Shown here in pieces: positions 13,091 to 24,415 of a DNA stretch of 64,000 nucleotides; position 1 is the stretch's first letter, and every line of letters starts with the position of its first letter. A model generated the notes under the pieces. The model worked only from the letters and a program-made list of their open reading frames with translations. It made no database searches and was not told the origin of the DNA. The position numbers and the translations under genes are program-made. Origin of the DNA: Eledone cirrhosa (lineage: Eukaryota). The stretch spans positions 278,318,001-278,382,000 of the forward strand of contig OZ024740.1 of assembly GCA_964016885.1 (NCBI GenBank), given 5' to 3'.

Positions 13091-13310
13091 GGACGGTTGA
13101 TTGGCAGAATCGATGGAGCGTCGGACAAAATAATTTATGATATTTCGTTACGGTTCTTGACATTCTGAGTTCAAATCCCACTGGGGTTAACTTTACCTGT
13201 CATCCTTACCCGGTCGATAAAATAAAATATCGGTAACCCACCGGAGTCGTTCAATCGACTTTCCCCTCCCCCAAAATTGTTGGCCTTGTGCCTGAATTAG
13301 AAACTATTAT
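13090..13310 (+). mobile_element. Older Nin-like SINE, long-tail type
   Basis: GAGTTCAAATCCC B-box and GGTCGATAAAATAAA core. Confidence 0.8.
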
Positions 13311-13474
13311 TCTGAAACAGCCTGTTCTACTGGAACTGTTCTGTTCTACTTTGGTATTGTTTTATTTTAGCTTTCTTTATTTCAGTTTTTCAGTTATAAC
13401 ATTCACTCCTCTCTTTTTGTGGTGCCTGTCCTATAGCCATACACCTTTGCTTTTTGATTTACCTTATTATTATT

Positions 13475-14423
13475 ACTTTTTTTTTCGTTTATCCTGTTTT
13501 ATGTTCATACGAGTTATCACCAAGTCACAACCAGTGACCTCAAGAGACAACAAGGTCCGCCATGTTCAAGAAATAACATCTATACACACACATGCATCTT
13601 TAGGTGTTTAGACTTGTGATGTACTTATATTGACAGAATCTTCCTTAGTATATGGGCAGTTCCCATTAGTACTATCTTTTGTATTTCTCCTGTACGCGGG
13701 TTTCCTGGGATTTGCAATAAGTAATCATTAGACCCCTTAGGTATCATTCCTAGAGCGCCTACAACCACTGGTATTGTTTTAGTTCTCAATTTCCACATTT
13801 TTCCAATTTCTATCTCCAGGTCAATTTTTCAAATGTTTTTATAGATACATTGTCTATTGGAACGGACATATCAATTAGCAGGCATACCCTCTTTTTAAAG
13901 TCCTTCAGTATTATATCAGGTCTATTTTTCGGTCTGTTTGGATGCTAAAGTTCCACAAGATTGAGATGTGATCTTTTTCAAGTATGGGAGGTGGTTGATG
14001 CTCCCACCAATTCTTTTGATGGGGCAGGTCAAAATGCTTACACATTATCCAATGTATGTATTGTGCAGCTCTGTCATGCCTGTTTAGGTATTCGGTTGGA
14101 GCTATAGGACTGCACATTGAAATTATATGATCAATGGTCTCTGGTTGTTTTTTACATACACGGCATAATGGGCTGCATCCATTTTTTATTATGTTGGCTT
14201 GGTAATTTTCTGTTGGCAGACACTGATCTTGTGCTGATATAATCAGTCCTTCAGTCTCCGATTTCAGTCCAGAGGATGCCAACCACTGATGGGTTAAAGT
14301 TTTATCAACATCAGGATTGTTAGCTCTTTCTGGGTATTTTCCATACAGAGGCTTTTCTTGCCATTTCTTAGCCAATTTATGTAGCAGTTCTTTCTTTGCA
14401 GTTACTTTTACTATTAAATTTAC

Positions 14424-14427
<4 letters not shown>
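13475..14427 (-). mobile_element. R4/Dong-like non-LTR retrotransposon, 3' part (CCHC knuckle plus restriction-like endonuclease)
   Basis: ORF 13911-14549: GLKSETEGLIISAQDQ...CRVC...ETIDHIISMC...RHD; frameshifted PDII...IDMSVP and IPVVVGALG follow; bounded by (TAA)n-type tracts. Confidence 0.88.
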
Positions 14428-14476
<49 letters not shown>

Positions 14477-14478
<2 letters not shown>

Positions 14479-14746
14479 CTCTGAGTATATATCTGTAAAT
14501 TAAAGGTGGAAAACTGGGAGAGGGCACTTTCCTTGGTGGTCAGGGTCACTGTGGCCTTTTACTGGGCTTTCTCCACAAATGTCCCTCCGAAGTCTCCCCC
14601 TATTGGGGAATTTTTCATTGTTATTTTTTGTTACATCCTCTGTTTTTGTTTTTTACACGCAGAAATGCCCATTTGTACCGTCCTGTATTGTCCTGTACTG
14701 TCCTTAATGTCTACTTTATGTAAACCCTTGTGGTTAATAAAGAAAA

Positions 14747-14747
<1 letters not shown>
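14477..14747 (+). mobile_element. 5'-truncated Tx1/L1-like LINE 3' end inside (ATT)n
   Basis: Near-identical to 23973-24254; (ATT)n on both sides. Confidence 0.92.
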
Positions 14748-14783
<36 letters not shown>

Positions 14784-15336
14784 GAATGTTCTTTGGTGGG
14801 TAAGGTTCCCATTATTGTTTTGTTTCAGTCAGTTTAAGATTTTACCCAGTTGCTCAGTTCCATCGTTCTCCGATCATTCTGTTTCATTCTCAGTTTAATA
14901 TTCTCTGTCTATCCCATTCATCTCTTTCTTTGCAATGGTTGCACTCTGTTTCTTCATTAACTTTACTTGCATTTATTTCAGGTTTGCCATTAAACCCTTT
15001 TCAGTTTTCTATACCCCGTTCCTTTTTTTTTGTGCCGTAACTCTTGATAGAGTCGTAAGGGTGACATACGGCGTTTCTTGGGCATCCCTCTCCAGGTATA
15101 TCCCGTTTAATTTCTTTTAATTCTAGCTTTGAAAGGACGTCATTTTACTTTATAGATCTTGCTTGTCCTGGAGTTTCTGTTCTGTCCAGATTACCCATTA
15201 TTTTCTTCTCCTCTTCTTTCTTCTTTTTCATATTATTAGTATTTCATTGTGTCGTCACTGCATCACCAAGAACAGCTCTATTTGCCTTGAGTATGTGAAG
15301 TGTTTACCACTCACTCAATATATATATATATATATT

Positions 15337-15600
15337 ATAAACAAAGGGATATTTAATTTGGTGGTAATCCAACAAATATATATATTTATAACAGATTCGA
15401 AGCACTCGACAAGTTTTATGGAGTATAATATCAATGATATTAATAAGTGGAAACTATATTTATAAAACCATATTTATTCTATTATATGTATTTCAAGGGT
15501 ACCAAAACTTTGGTACGCACTCATCAGATAAAATACAAAGTTTGTTTTATAAATATTGACATATCCAGAAATGAGACCTTACCGGTTCAAGTTTTACATG
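15337..15600 (-). mobile_element. Penelope-type terminal repeat (pLTR-like) relic
   Basis: Contains an HHR, ends at (TA)n, and has a rearranged homologue at 36011-36216. Confidence 0.65.
15477..15533 (-). ncRNA. Minimal type-I hammerhead ribozyme
   Basis: TTTTAT-CTGATGA-gtgc-GTACCAAA-gt-TTTGGTAC-cctt-GAAA-TACATA-TA-ATAGAA. Confidence 0.7.
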
Positions 15601-15973
15601 GATAGTAAAAGGAAAAAGGGGAAGAGAGGAAAAAACAAATATTTCAAATTATTTAGATGAGTATGCAAATGAGGTTGAGGTATAGGGCTGAAAAAAACGT
15701 TATTTTTAGACGCTAGGTAGATTTAAATATTCATTAGGATATATATATGTATGTATATGAAGAAGAAAGAAAGAAAAGCTTGTATTTATATTAATATAAT
15801 GTACGTGAATTTAAAAAGATTTAAAAGTTAAGAATTAAAAGTTTGTTGGAGTGGTGGAATATGATTCCAGAATTTAAAAAATATTTATTATATATTATAT
15901 ATTATATATTATATATATATAATCAATTAGATTATATGAAGAATTATGGTTGTAATTACATTTTATCTTATTA

Positions 15974-16495
15974 CTAGCAGTGGTACCCGGCGTTGCACGG
16001 GATAAGGTTATTTGGAACGCGGGCCGCCAACAGACCTAATCGTGGAAAAACTGCATGCCTGGACAATATGTAAAGAAAATAAACCGAATACTCTGATGGC
16101 TGGATAATCTTTAAGATTTTCCTCGATGAAGCAGGAAAAATGCAGGTTTTCACCTAATGCGGGCCCTAGGGGATCAAGAAAATGAATTTTTTTTATGTGC
16201 ATAATATGCCTTGAAATTTCGGGATAAATCGGCTAGACGTAACGCCTCAAATAAGCCCTAAAAAGCTGAAAAAATGAAGTGTTTTACCTAATGCGGGCCC
16301 TAGGCCATAAAAAGGTTGGATTTTCTTTGCTCACGGTATGAAGAAGAGACTGACTAATACATACATAGTTACAATTTCAAGGAAATCGGTCTGACGTAAC
16401 GCCTAAAAAGCTGAAATAACGCAGTTGTTCACCTAATGCGGGCCCTAGGGTGATCTAGAGTTTTAGGGATTCAAACTCACAGACACACAGACACA

Positions 16496-16530
<35 letters not shown>

Positions 16531-16551
16531 CCTCAGTTTTATATATATAGA
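15974..16551 (-). mobile_element. Complete non-autonomous Helitron
   Basis: Minus strand starts A|TCTATATATATAAAA and ends with hairpin CCCGTGCAACGCCGGG then CTAG|T; AT target, no TSD; internal ~140-bp repeats marked by ACCTAATGCGGGCCCTAGG (three copies). Confidence 0.88.
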
Positions 16552-16754
16552 TATTACAACAGGTTGTACGTATATAAATATCTACATAGATTAACAAGTG
16601 TATAAATATAAATATTATTGTTGATTATATAGATATAAAACACAAGTAATAATTTGTTTACATTTCTAATATGAGTTACGAAGGATGTTAATTTTACATT
16701 TTAAATATATAATTAAGAAAAAAACGTAGTTCAAATTATAACAATTTATATTAT

Positions 16755-16861
<107 letters not shown>

Positions 16862-17166
16862 GAGTGCGTGTATATGTGTACATGTACATGTGTATATTTA
16901 GATTTATATAACATATCATGATTTCAACTTGTACAAAAATAGAGATCTAATTGACATTGCATATATGTATATATATATTTATTTATATGTGTGTGTATAT
17001 ATATGTGTGTGTGTGTGTGTGTGCGTGTGTATGTATGTGTGCGTGGGTGTGGGTGTGTGTATATATGTGTGTGTGTGTATGTAAAAGGTAAACAGAAATA
17101 ACAACACAATCGGTACAGTATATGGAAGGGAATATTAGGTTAACGCTTGATATAGCAGGAAGAGGG

Positions 17167-17202
17167 TCTTAACGTTTCGGACGCTAGTCCTTCATCAGAA
17201 GA
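17167..17202 (-). ncRNA. Minimal type-I hammerhead ribozyme (Penelope type)
   Basis: TCTT-CTGATGA-A-GGAC-TAGC-GTCC-GAA-ACGT-T-AAGA; palindromic stem III, GUU triplet. Confidence 0.85.
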
Positions 17203-17393
17203 AAAAAATGAAAACTAAGATAGATTGAGGGACGGGCGTGTTGGAATTGGAAAAATGTCTTTAGATAAAAATAACAGGTCTATTCATGTTGACATCTGTT
17301 GACCACTAATTGATTTGACAGATGTCTTTAACCCATTGACACTAAACATTATTTGGTCAGTAGTTTGTGTGTATGTGTAAGTATATATATATA

Positions 17394-17467
<74 letters not shown>

Positions 17468-17471
<4 letters not shown>

Positions 17472-17715
17472 AGATGGCGTAGGACAGAACAAAGGAGAGG
17501 CACAAAAACAAAGAAAAGAATCCCCACTCACTGAAGAGGTCACAGAATGTGTGACGAAAGAACTTTGACAATATATAAACAACCATCTGGTTGTGGAACC
17601 AACCAACCAACCGGAAATTTATAAATTCCTAAATTTATAAATTTATTATAATAAATTGAAGTGAAAGCAACTGGTGCGTGTGTTTTTTATTGGCAACATG
17701 ACCCTCCCAAAGAAT

Positions 17716-17720
<5 letters not shown>
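17468..17720 (+). mobile_element. Solo Penelope pLTR fragment between (TA)n tracts
   Basis: Reverse complement of 24416-24670. Confidence 0.92.
17528..17568 (+). ncRNA. Minimal type-I HHR in pLTR
   Basis: TCA-CTGAAGA-G-GTCACA-GAATG-TGTGAC-GAAAG-AA-CTT-TGA. Confidence 0.75.
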
Positions 17721-17771
<51 letters not shown>

Positions 17772-18184
17772 TCGTGTGTGTGTGTGTCTATATATGTATG
17801 TTTGAATGCATGAATGAATACACTAAGCTTTAAATTTAGTAGAATGTACAACAATTGATTCCAGCTATTTGCACTATCATATATTTTGGTCTCTATAAAT
17901 TCCCTGGTGAATTGGTTGACCAAAGGCTTTGCTTAATTGTTTTATCTATTTTTTTATGTTATTCTTTCTCATAGACTTCAGGTATTTTTTGAAAGCAAAG
18001 CATCGGCCATTAAAATAATACAGTGGGCCCTGCAATGCTACTGTGGGCTGTTGCAATGCTACCGTGGGCCCCTTGGGAACACTTGCCATTGGGTATTCTG
18101 GTTACCTGGCCAGTTCGCGACTGATTATATGCTGCTTGAGTTATGTTGTTTCATTATATTATTATGTGTATTATATAGAGAAAA

Positions 18185-18370
18185 GGTGGATTGGCAGTAT
18201 CGGTAGAGGGTCGGACGCCATGCTTTCCAGCATAGTTACGTCCCTTTACGATCTGAGTTCAAATCCCGCCGAGGTTGACTTTGCCTTTCATCCTTACGAG
18301 GTCGATAAAATAAAGTACCAGTAATGCACTAGGTAATTGCTGGCTTTGTGCCTAAAGTAGAAACAATTAT
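18185..18370 (+). mobile_element. Nin-like SINE with 19-bp TSD
   Basis: ATTATATAGAGAAAAGGTG at 18170-18188 and 18366-18384. Confidence 0.92.
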
Positions 18371-18863
18371 ATAGAGAAAAGGTGCATCTAGTTGAGCAGT
18401 GTCGTGAACCCTGGTATGGCTTTTATGTATGTGTTCATATATTTCATCATACCAAGAGTACGATTATTATCAGCACTATTATTATTATATTCATGCTCTA
18501 CATCACGCGTATTTCAATTTCAAGTATCTTTTTACTGTTTTTCCAACTTTTTTTCGCGTTATAATTTAGTCAAAAGTGATTTCTATGCCCATCACTGTGC
18601 ACGTGTTTTTTCCGTACTTGGTTTATTACATCTGAATGATTTGCAATCATTTCTTTGTCAGTTTGGAAGGATATATTCCAAATTATTTTGCTCAGATTGG
18701 TATGGTTTATAGTGATATAACTGTCAACTTGATCATGTCAGTGTGCAAATTCAAAGTTGGCAAGAAATAGACAGCAGGAGAGAATGTAGTCGACCATCTT
18801 GTTGTGCAGGATGTATATTTTGTATTTGGTGGTAGGATCCGTTGTTATTATATGTTTGTATGT

Positions 18864-19468
18864 AAGGGCGGTGGATTGGAAAGGGCGGTGGATTGGCAGT
18901 ATCGGTAGAGGGTTGGACGCCATGCTTTGCAGCAAAGAGTTACGGCCCTTTATGGTCTGAGTTCAAATCCCGCCGAGGTTAACTTTGCCTTTCATCCTTA
19001 CGCGGTCGATAAAATAAAGTACCAGTAATGCACTGGGTAATTGCTGGCCTTGTGCCAAAAGTAGAAACAATTATTTGTTTGGATTGGCAGTATCGATAGA
19101 GGGTCGGACGCCATGCTTTCTAGCATAGTTAAGTCCCTTTACGGTCTGAGATCATATCCCGTCGAGGTTAACTTTGCCTTTCATCCTTACGGGGTCGATA
19201 AAATAAAGTACCAGTAATGTACTGGGTATTTGCTGGCATTGTGCCAAAAGTAGAAACAATTATTTGTTTTTAAGGGCGGGGGATTGGCAGTATCAGTAGA
19301 AGGTCGGACGCCATGCTTTACAGCATATAGTTACGCCTTTTATGGTGTGAGTTCAAATCCCGCCGAGGTTCACTTTGCTTTAAATCCTTACGGGTTCGAT
19401 AAAATAAAGTACCAGTAATACACTGGGATAATTGGCCTTGTGCCAAAAGTAGAAACAATTATTTGTTT
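18864..19468 (+). mobile_element. Head-to-tail trimer of Nin-like SINEs
   Basis: Units start at ~18881, 19081 and 19272; each ends GAAACAATTATTTGTTT. Confidence 0.92.
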
Positions 19469-20375
19469 TTTTTATAGTTGTTTATGGACAGATATTGGTC
19501 TCATTCGGCGAGAATGAATCCTTCCGTTTCTTCTATTAGTTTGGAGCTTTTCAGCCATTTGTTGACATTCACTACGTTTCTATGGAACTTTTCAGAGTGT
19601 TATTCATATATTTCTTTTATTCGTTTTGTTTTGTTTTTTCTCGATTTCTTCTTTAGTATACTTGCAATTCCGCTTTCATGCTTTCTTTCTTTTGTGGTTG
19701 TTGTTGTTGTTGTTGTTGTTGTTCTTCTTCTTCTTCTTCTTCTTCTTCTTCTTCTTCTTCTTCTTCTTCTTCTTCTTCTTCTTCTTCTCCGTCATCTTCT
19801 TCTTCTCCGTCATCTTCTTCTTCTTCTTCTTCTTCTTCTTCTTCTTCTTCTTCTTCTTCTTCTTCTTCTTCTTCTATTGAGCCACCAATACAGTTACCAC
19901 TTGTATGTTATAATATCAAATATTGCCCGAGTTCATTTTGATTTACATTTTTCAGAGCAGGAGAAGAACTGAAGTTGGTTTTATCGATCATACTCCACGC
20001 ATACTATTAAAAAGATAAAATCACCTTCTGCTTTTAATTCTAGTTGCTGTTTAGTTTTCAACACACCCACTCTGAATTGCTTTGCGTAGTCATATACTAG
20101 TCTCAGTACATGCTGTGGTGTAGTTATTTTATCGTATTCTATTTGTCAAATAACTACGTCTACTGCGGTGTAAAGAGCATTGTCTGTGCATGGCGTTGAT
20201 TTATACCCCATCGTCCCTCAAAACTAGACACGCATACATATTTATAGAATCATATGAATCACAAAATGATACTACTAGTTCCCGGTAATTTCCGAAATAC
20301 ATATTACAGCAATTTTTTTTTCTTTATCTTGCGCGGAAACTATACGCAAAGACTTCTTGAAAATATATACATGTG

Positions 20376-20441
<66 letters not shown>

Positions 20442-20594
20442 ACAAAATTACGTTACATTAAGGGTGTCATGTCAGATAGACATGCGTCATATCACGCGTA
20501 AAAAGAATCCAATGAATAGATCCGAGCATTTTATATCAACTAGAAATTGATTGACATATAAATATATCTAAAATAAACATATGAAACAGGGGAT

Positions 20595-23500
20595 CAAAAC
20601 CATCCTTCCTCTATGAGAAGTAAGGTAAGTGGTCTTTCCCATCTTTTCCACTCCATTTCAACATGACCTCACTCAGAATAAGCAGCATGAATGCGAGTGG
20701 CTTGGGGTCGTCATGGAAGCAGGGCCACCTGCTCAACGACCTCAGGTCACTAAACATAGATGTAGTGGCCATCAGCGAGACCAGAATCTCCGAGGCACGG
20801 GCCTTCGCACCCATCTTCGGCGGCTACGATGTGTACGCATCTCCCAGCCGTCCGGGATCGGGGGGAGGAGTTGCTGTGCTTTTTCGGAGAGGTTTGGATC
20901 TCGCCATACGGGCCATCTTCCTGGACCCAGAAGGTAAGTTGGTGGTGCTAGACGTGACCAGCGGAGACGGGCAAGCTTTCAGGCTAGTGGCCGTCTATGA
21001 CCCGACAGGAGCAGGGCGGCCTGATTTCTTCCAGCGTCTGGATACTTTTCTTGGAACGTCCCGCTCTTTAGTGTTAGTGGGCGACTGGAACGGGATCTTA
21101 GGTGCACGCTGGGACTGTGTGGAATTAGCGGATAGGGGAGGAGGGTGAAAGAGCCTCACCAACCTGCTCAGGCGTTTTGAATTTCCCGAATGTGCCAATG
21201 TGGACTTGGAAAATCGCATAGGGTCATCCAGATCATATCTAGATAGAGTATTGTGTAGGGAAATAGATAGGTCTAGCATAGGCTGTCCACAATTCAAGAT
21301 AGTCAGCTACACGGACCACAAATTCGTGATCTGTGTGCTTGACTTTGATAGGCTTCATAGACGAGGACCCGGCTACTGGAAGCTAAACGCGTCCTTACCA
21401 GCGCGCAAGGCCTACAGAGACCGGATTAGCGAACTAGTTAAGCGGGCGTTGACGGGGGCCATCGTCAACAACAAGTGGTGGTTTGCTCTGAAAATAGCAA
21501 TTAGAATAGAGTCCATTATGTTTAGTGAGGCTTTAGAAATAGAGAAAAAATAGAGCAGAGGGAGAATTAGTTAGAAAATTAGACGTGGCGCTTAGCAAAG
21601 GCATCGCGATCGACGTACTTGCGGCGAAATTGGCCCTTGACCAATTCTTCAATACAAAGCACGAAGGCTGCGTTGTCAGAGCAAGGGTGCGTGCTCTTAG
21701 ACACGAGGTGACGAAAGCCGTTCAATGGGCCCGAGTGGCGGAGGCGCGTCGTGGCAACAAAGCCACGATCCGGTCTTTGGTGGACCACGACGGGCGCATG
21801 CTACTCGATCCCGGGAAAATGTGTGAAGCTTTTTAGCGACACTTCGCTCAGTTGTTCGGGGCCGGATCGAGGGATGGACTTTAGTGTCTACTTCGACGGA
21901 CTGCCGCGGCTCTCGGCCACTGAGGCGGAGTGTTGCAAAAAGCCGATAACAGCTGCTGAAGTACGGGAGGCAATGACTGGCTGCACAAGGGGTAAATCGC
22001 CTGGTTTGGATGGTCTGCCCTATGAACTTTACGTACAGAGGCCTCTTGGCGGACATCTACTGCAACTGGCAACAGCACGGGAGAATTCCCAGCTCTGTGA
22101 GCCGAGGAGCTGAGAAAGGATCCGAACAAGGGAGATAACAGATAATTTTAGGCCCATAACTCTGCTAAACACAGAGTTCAAGATTTTGGCCAATGTGCTA
22201 GCAAAGAGGTTGGCGCTTGTCGTTGGTGGTCTGGTGGGAGAGGCGCAGACATGCGCCATTCCCGACAGATCCATCCACGACAACCTCCACCTCATGCGAT
22301 ACATCGTAGAGAGGGTAGCTAGGGAAGCTGGCACGGGTGGGTCCTTGATCAATTTGCTCAGTCGAAAGCTTTCGATAGGGTCGACCATCGTTACCTAGCG
22401 GCAGTCCTGAGGGCGGCTGGCTTTGGGGCTGTCTTCAGAGGCTGGATCGCTGCTATGCACAGCGACATCTGCTCTGTGGTGAGAGTGAACGGTCACCTTT
22501 CGGAACCGTTCAACATCATGTGCTCGGTCCGCCAAGGATGTCCCCTCTCGTCCCTCTTGTGCGTATTGACTCTCGAGCCATTACTGCACAAACTGGAGAC
22601 GTTGAGGGGGTCCCGCGCGCGAACTAGGATGCGGAAGATCCGTGTCAGCATATGCGGACGATGTCACCGTAGTAGTGTCGAACGCCAAATACATCGAGGC
22701 GATCGGCACTACACTAAAAGAATACGAAGCGGTGACAGGAGCAATGATAACCAGGAAAAGTCAGTGGGCCTGTAGCTCGGCACCTGGAGAGGCAGGTCCA
22801 TGCCGTCCAACAGCGTCGTCGGGCGCTGGACGGACGGACCTGTTAAATTGCTCGGTGTCTGGTTCGGTCCGGATCTCCAGACGGACAAAAACTGGGACGA
22901 GGTGACGAGCAGGGTGGCTTCTCTCACCCAGAAATGGGCGGAGTGGAAGCTATCCCTGAAAGGTCGAGCGGAGCTGGCTAACGCGTATATCGCGTCCGTC
23001 ATCTACTACCGCCTGACCGTCGTACCTTGTCCTAAGCCCCGCCTGACTGCGCTGGAGCGTTTGCTCTTTCGCCTTTTGTGGAAGGGACGCGCTCCGATGG
23101 TCAGGCGGTCCATCTGCTGTCAACACCCGCTACGTGGAGGGCTGGGCATGCCCTGGCTGATGATGCGCAGACACGCGCTCAGGCTACGACATCTTCACCT
23201 CTTCCTTGACGGTGATCAGGTCTGGTCGCCGTTTGCTAGACGCGTCTTTCCCCAGTCCTGGGTCAAGCGAAAACCGAGAGGGAGCGCTTGGAGATTGGAA
23301 TGTCTTCAGCCGCTCACAGCCCTCGACCAATCGGGCAATGTGATCGGTGGAAACTCCACCTTGGCGTTCATAAGAGGATTAGTGGAGGGGAAGAGCGACG
23401 ACGTACTTGGGGAAAATCTAGGCGTCGACGAAAATCAACTAGCCAATCTCTTCGGAAGAACTTTCGGGCCGGGGCCTATTGACAACTTCCAGAAATCCCT

Positions 23501-24252
23501 GGCCTGGCAGTGCTACCGAGGAGCTTTGCCAGTTCGAGATAAACTCTACAGGCATGGAGGTGCCGTTAGCCGGGCATGTCCGAGATGCGCGCAGGGCGAC
23601 GAAACCGTCCTGCACGCACTCGTCCAGTGTCCGAGCATTGCTGACTTGTGGGTTTATGTCGAACACCTGCTGTCGCGTGTAGGATTGATCCAGCTATCAG
23701 CTGAGTGCATCGTGAGGATTGCCCCGCCCTCCTCCTTTAGCCGGGAAGGGCAGGCAGTTTTTATCTGTCTGGTGGCCATGGCGAAAGAGATAGTATGGTG
23801 GACACGTTTGAAAGGGCTGAAGACGAGCACTTACCTCTTCGGTGATGCTCTGATTGACTTTTTCAAATTTCATTTGAAAAGGAAAATCAGAGTAGAGAGG
23901 GAAGTGCTCTCTTCCCAGCATTTTGTTGAAAGATGGGTGAGAGAAGTAAGAATGGCCCGAGTGAATGGGCCTACTCTGAGTATATATCTGTAAATTAAAG
24001 GTGGAAAACTGGGAGAGGGCACTTGCCTTGGTGGTCAGGGTCATTGTGGCTTTTTACTGGGCTTTCTCCACAAATGTCCCTCCGAAGTCTCCCCCCTATT
24101 GGGCAATTTTTCATTGTTATTTTCATTGTTATTTTTGTTACATCCTCTGTTTTTGTTTTTTGCACGCAGAAATGCCCATTTGTACCGTCCTGCATTGTCC
24201 TGCACTGTCCTTAATGTCTACTTTATGTAAACCCTTGTGGTTAATAAATAAA

Positions 24253-24254
<2 letters not shown>
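20595..24254 (+). mobile_element. Tx1/L1-clade LINE: full ORF2 region (APE endonuclease, RT, C-terminal zinc finger) pseudogenised, plus 3' UTR
   Basis: ISSMNASGL, DVVAISET, LVGDWN, SYLDRVL, YTDH, GPGYWKLN, KSPGLDGLP, QGCPLS, AYADD, CPRC...ETVLHALVQC; stops and frameshifts; ends AATAAA then (ATT)n. Confidence 0.93.
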
Positions 24255-24293
<39 letters not shown>

Positions 24294-24303
24294 CATACAC
24301 ACA

Positions 24304-24356
<53 letters not shown>

Positions 24357-24415
24357 TTCGTTTCTGAATTTGTTTAGCAAGATTCTTTATCTGAAAACGT
24401 GTGTTGAAAACCTTA

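Noticed and set aside
18864-19468. CRISPR-like array
   Set aside because: Eukaryotic SINE multimers with no unique spacers or cas genes.
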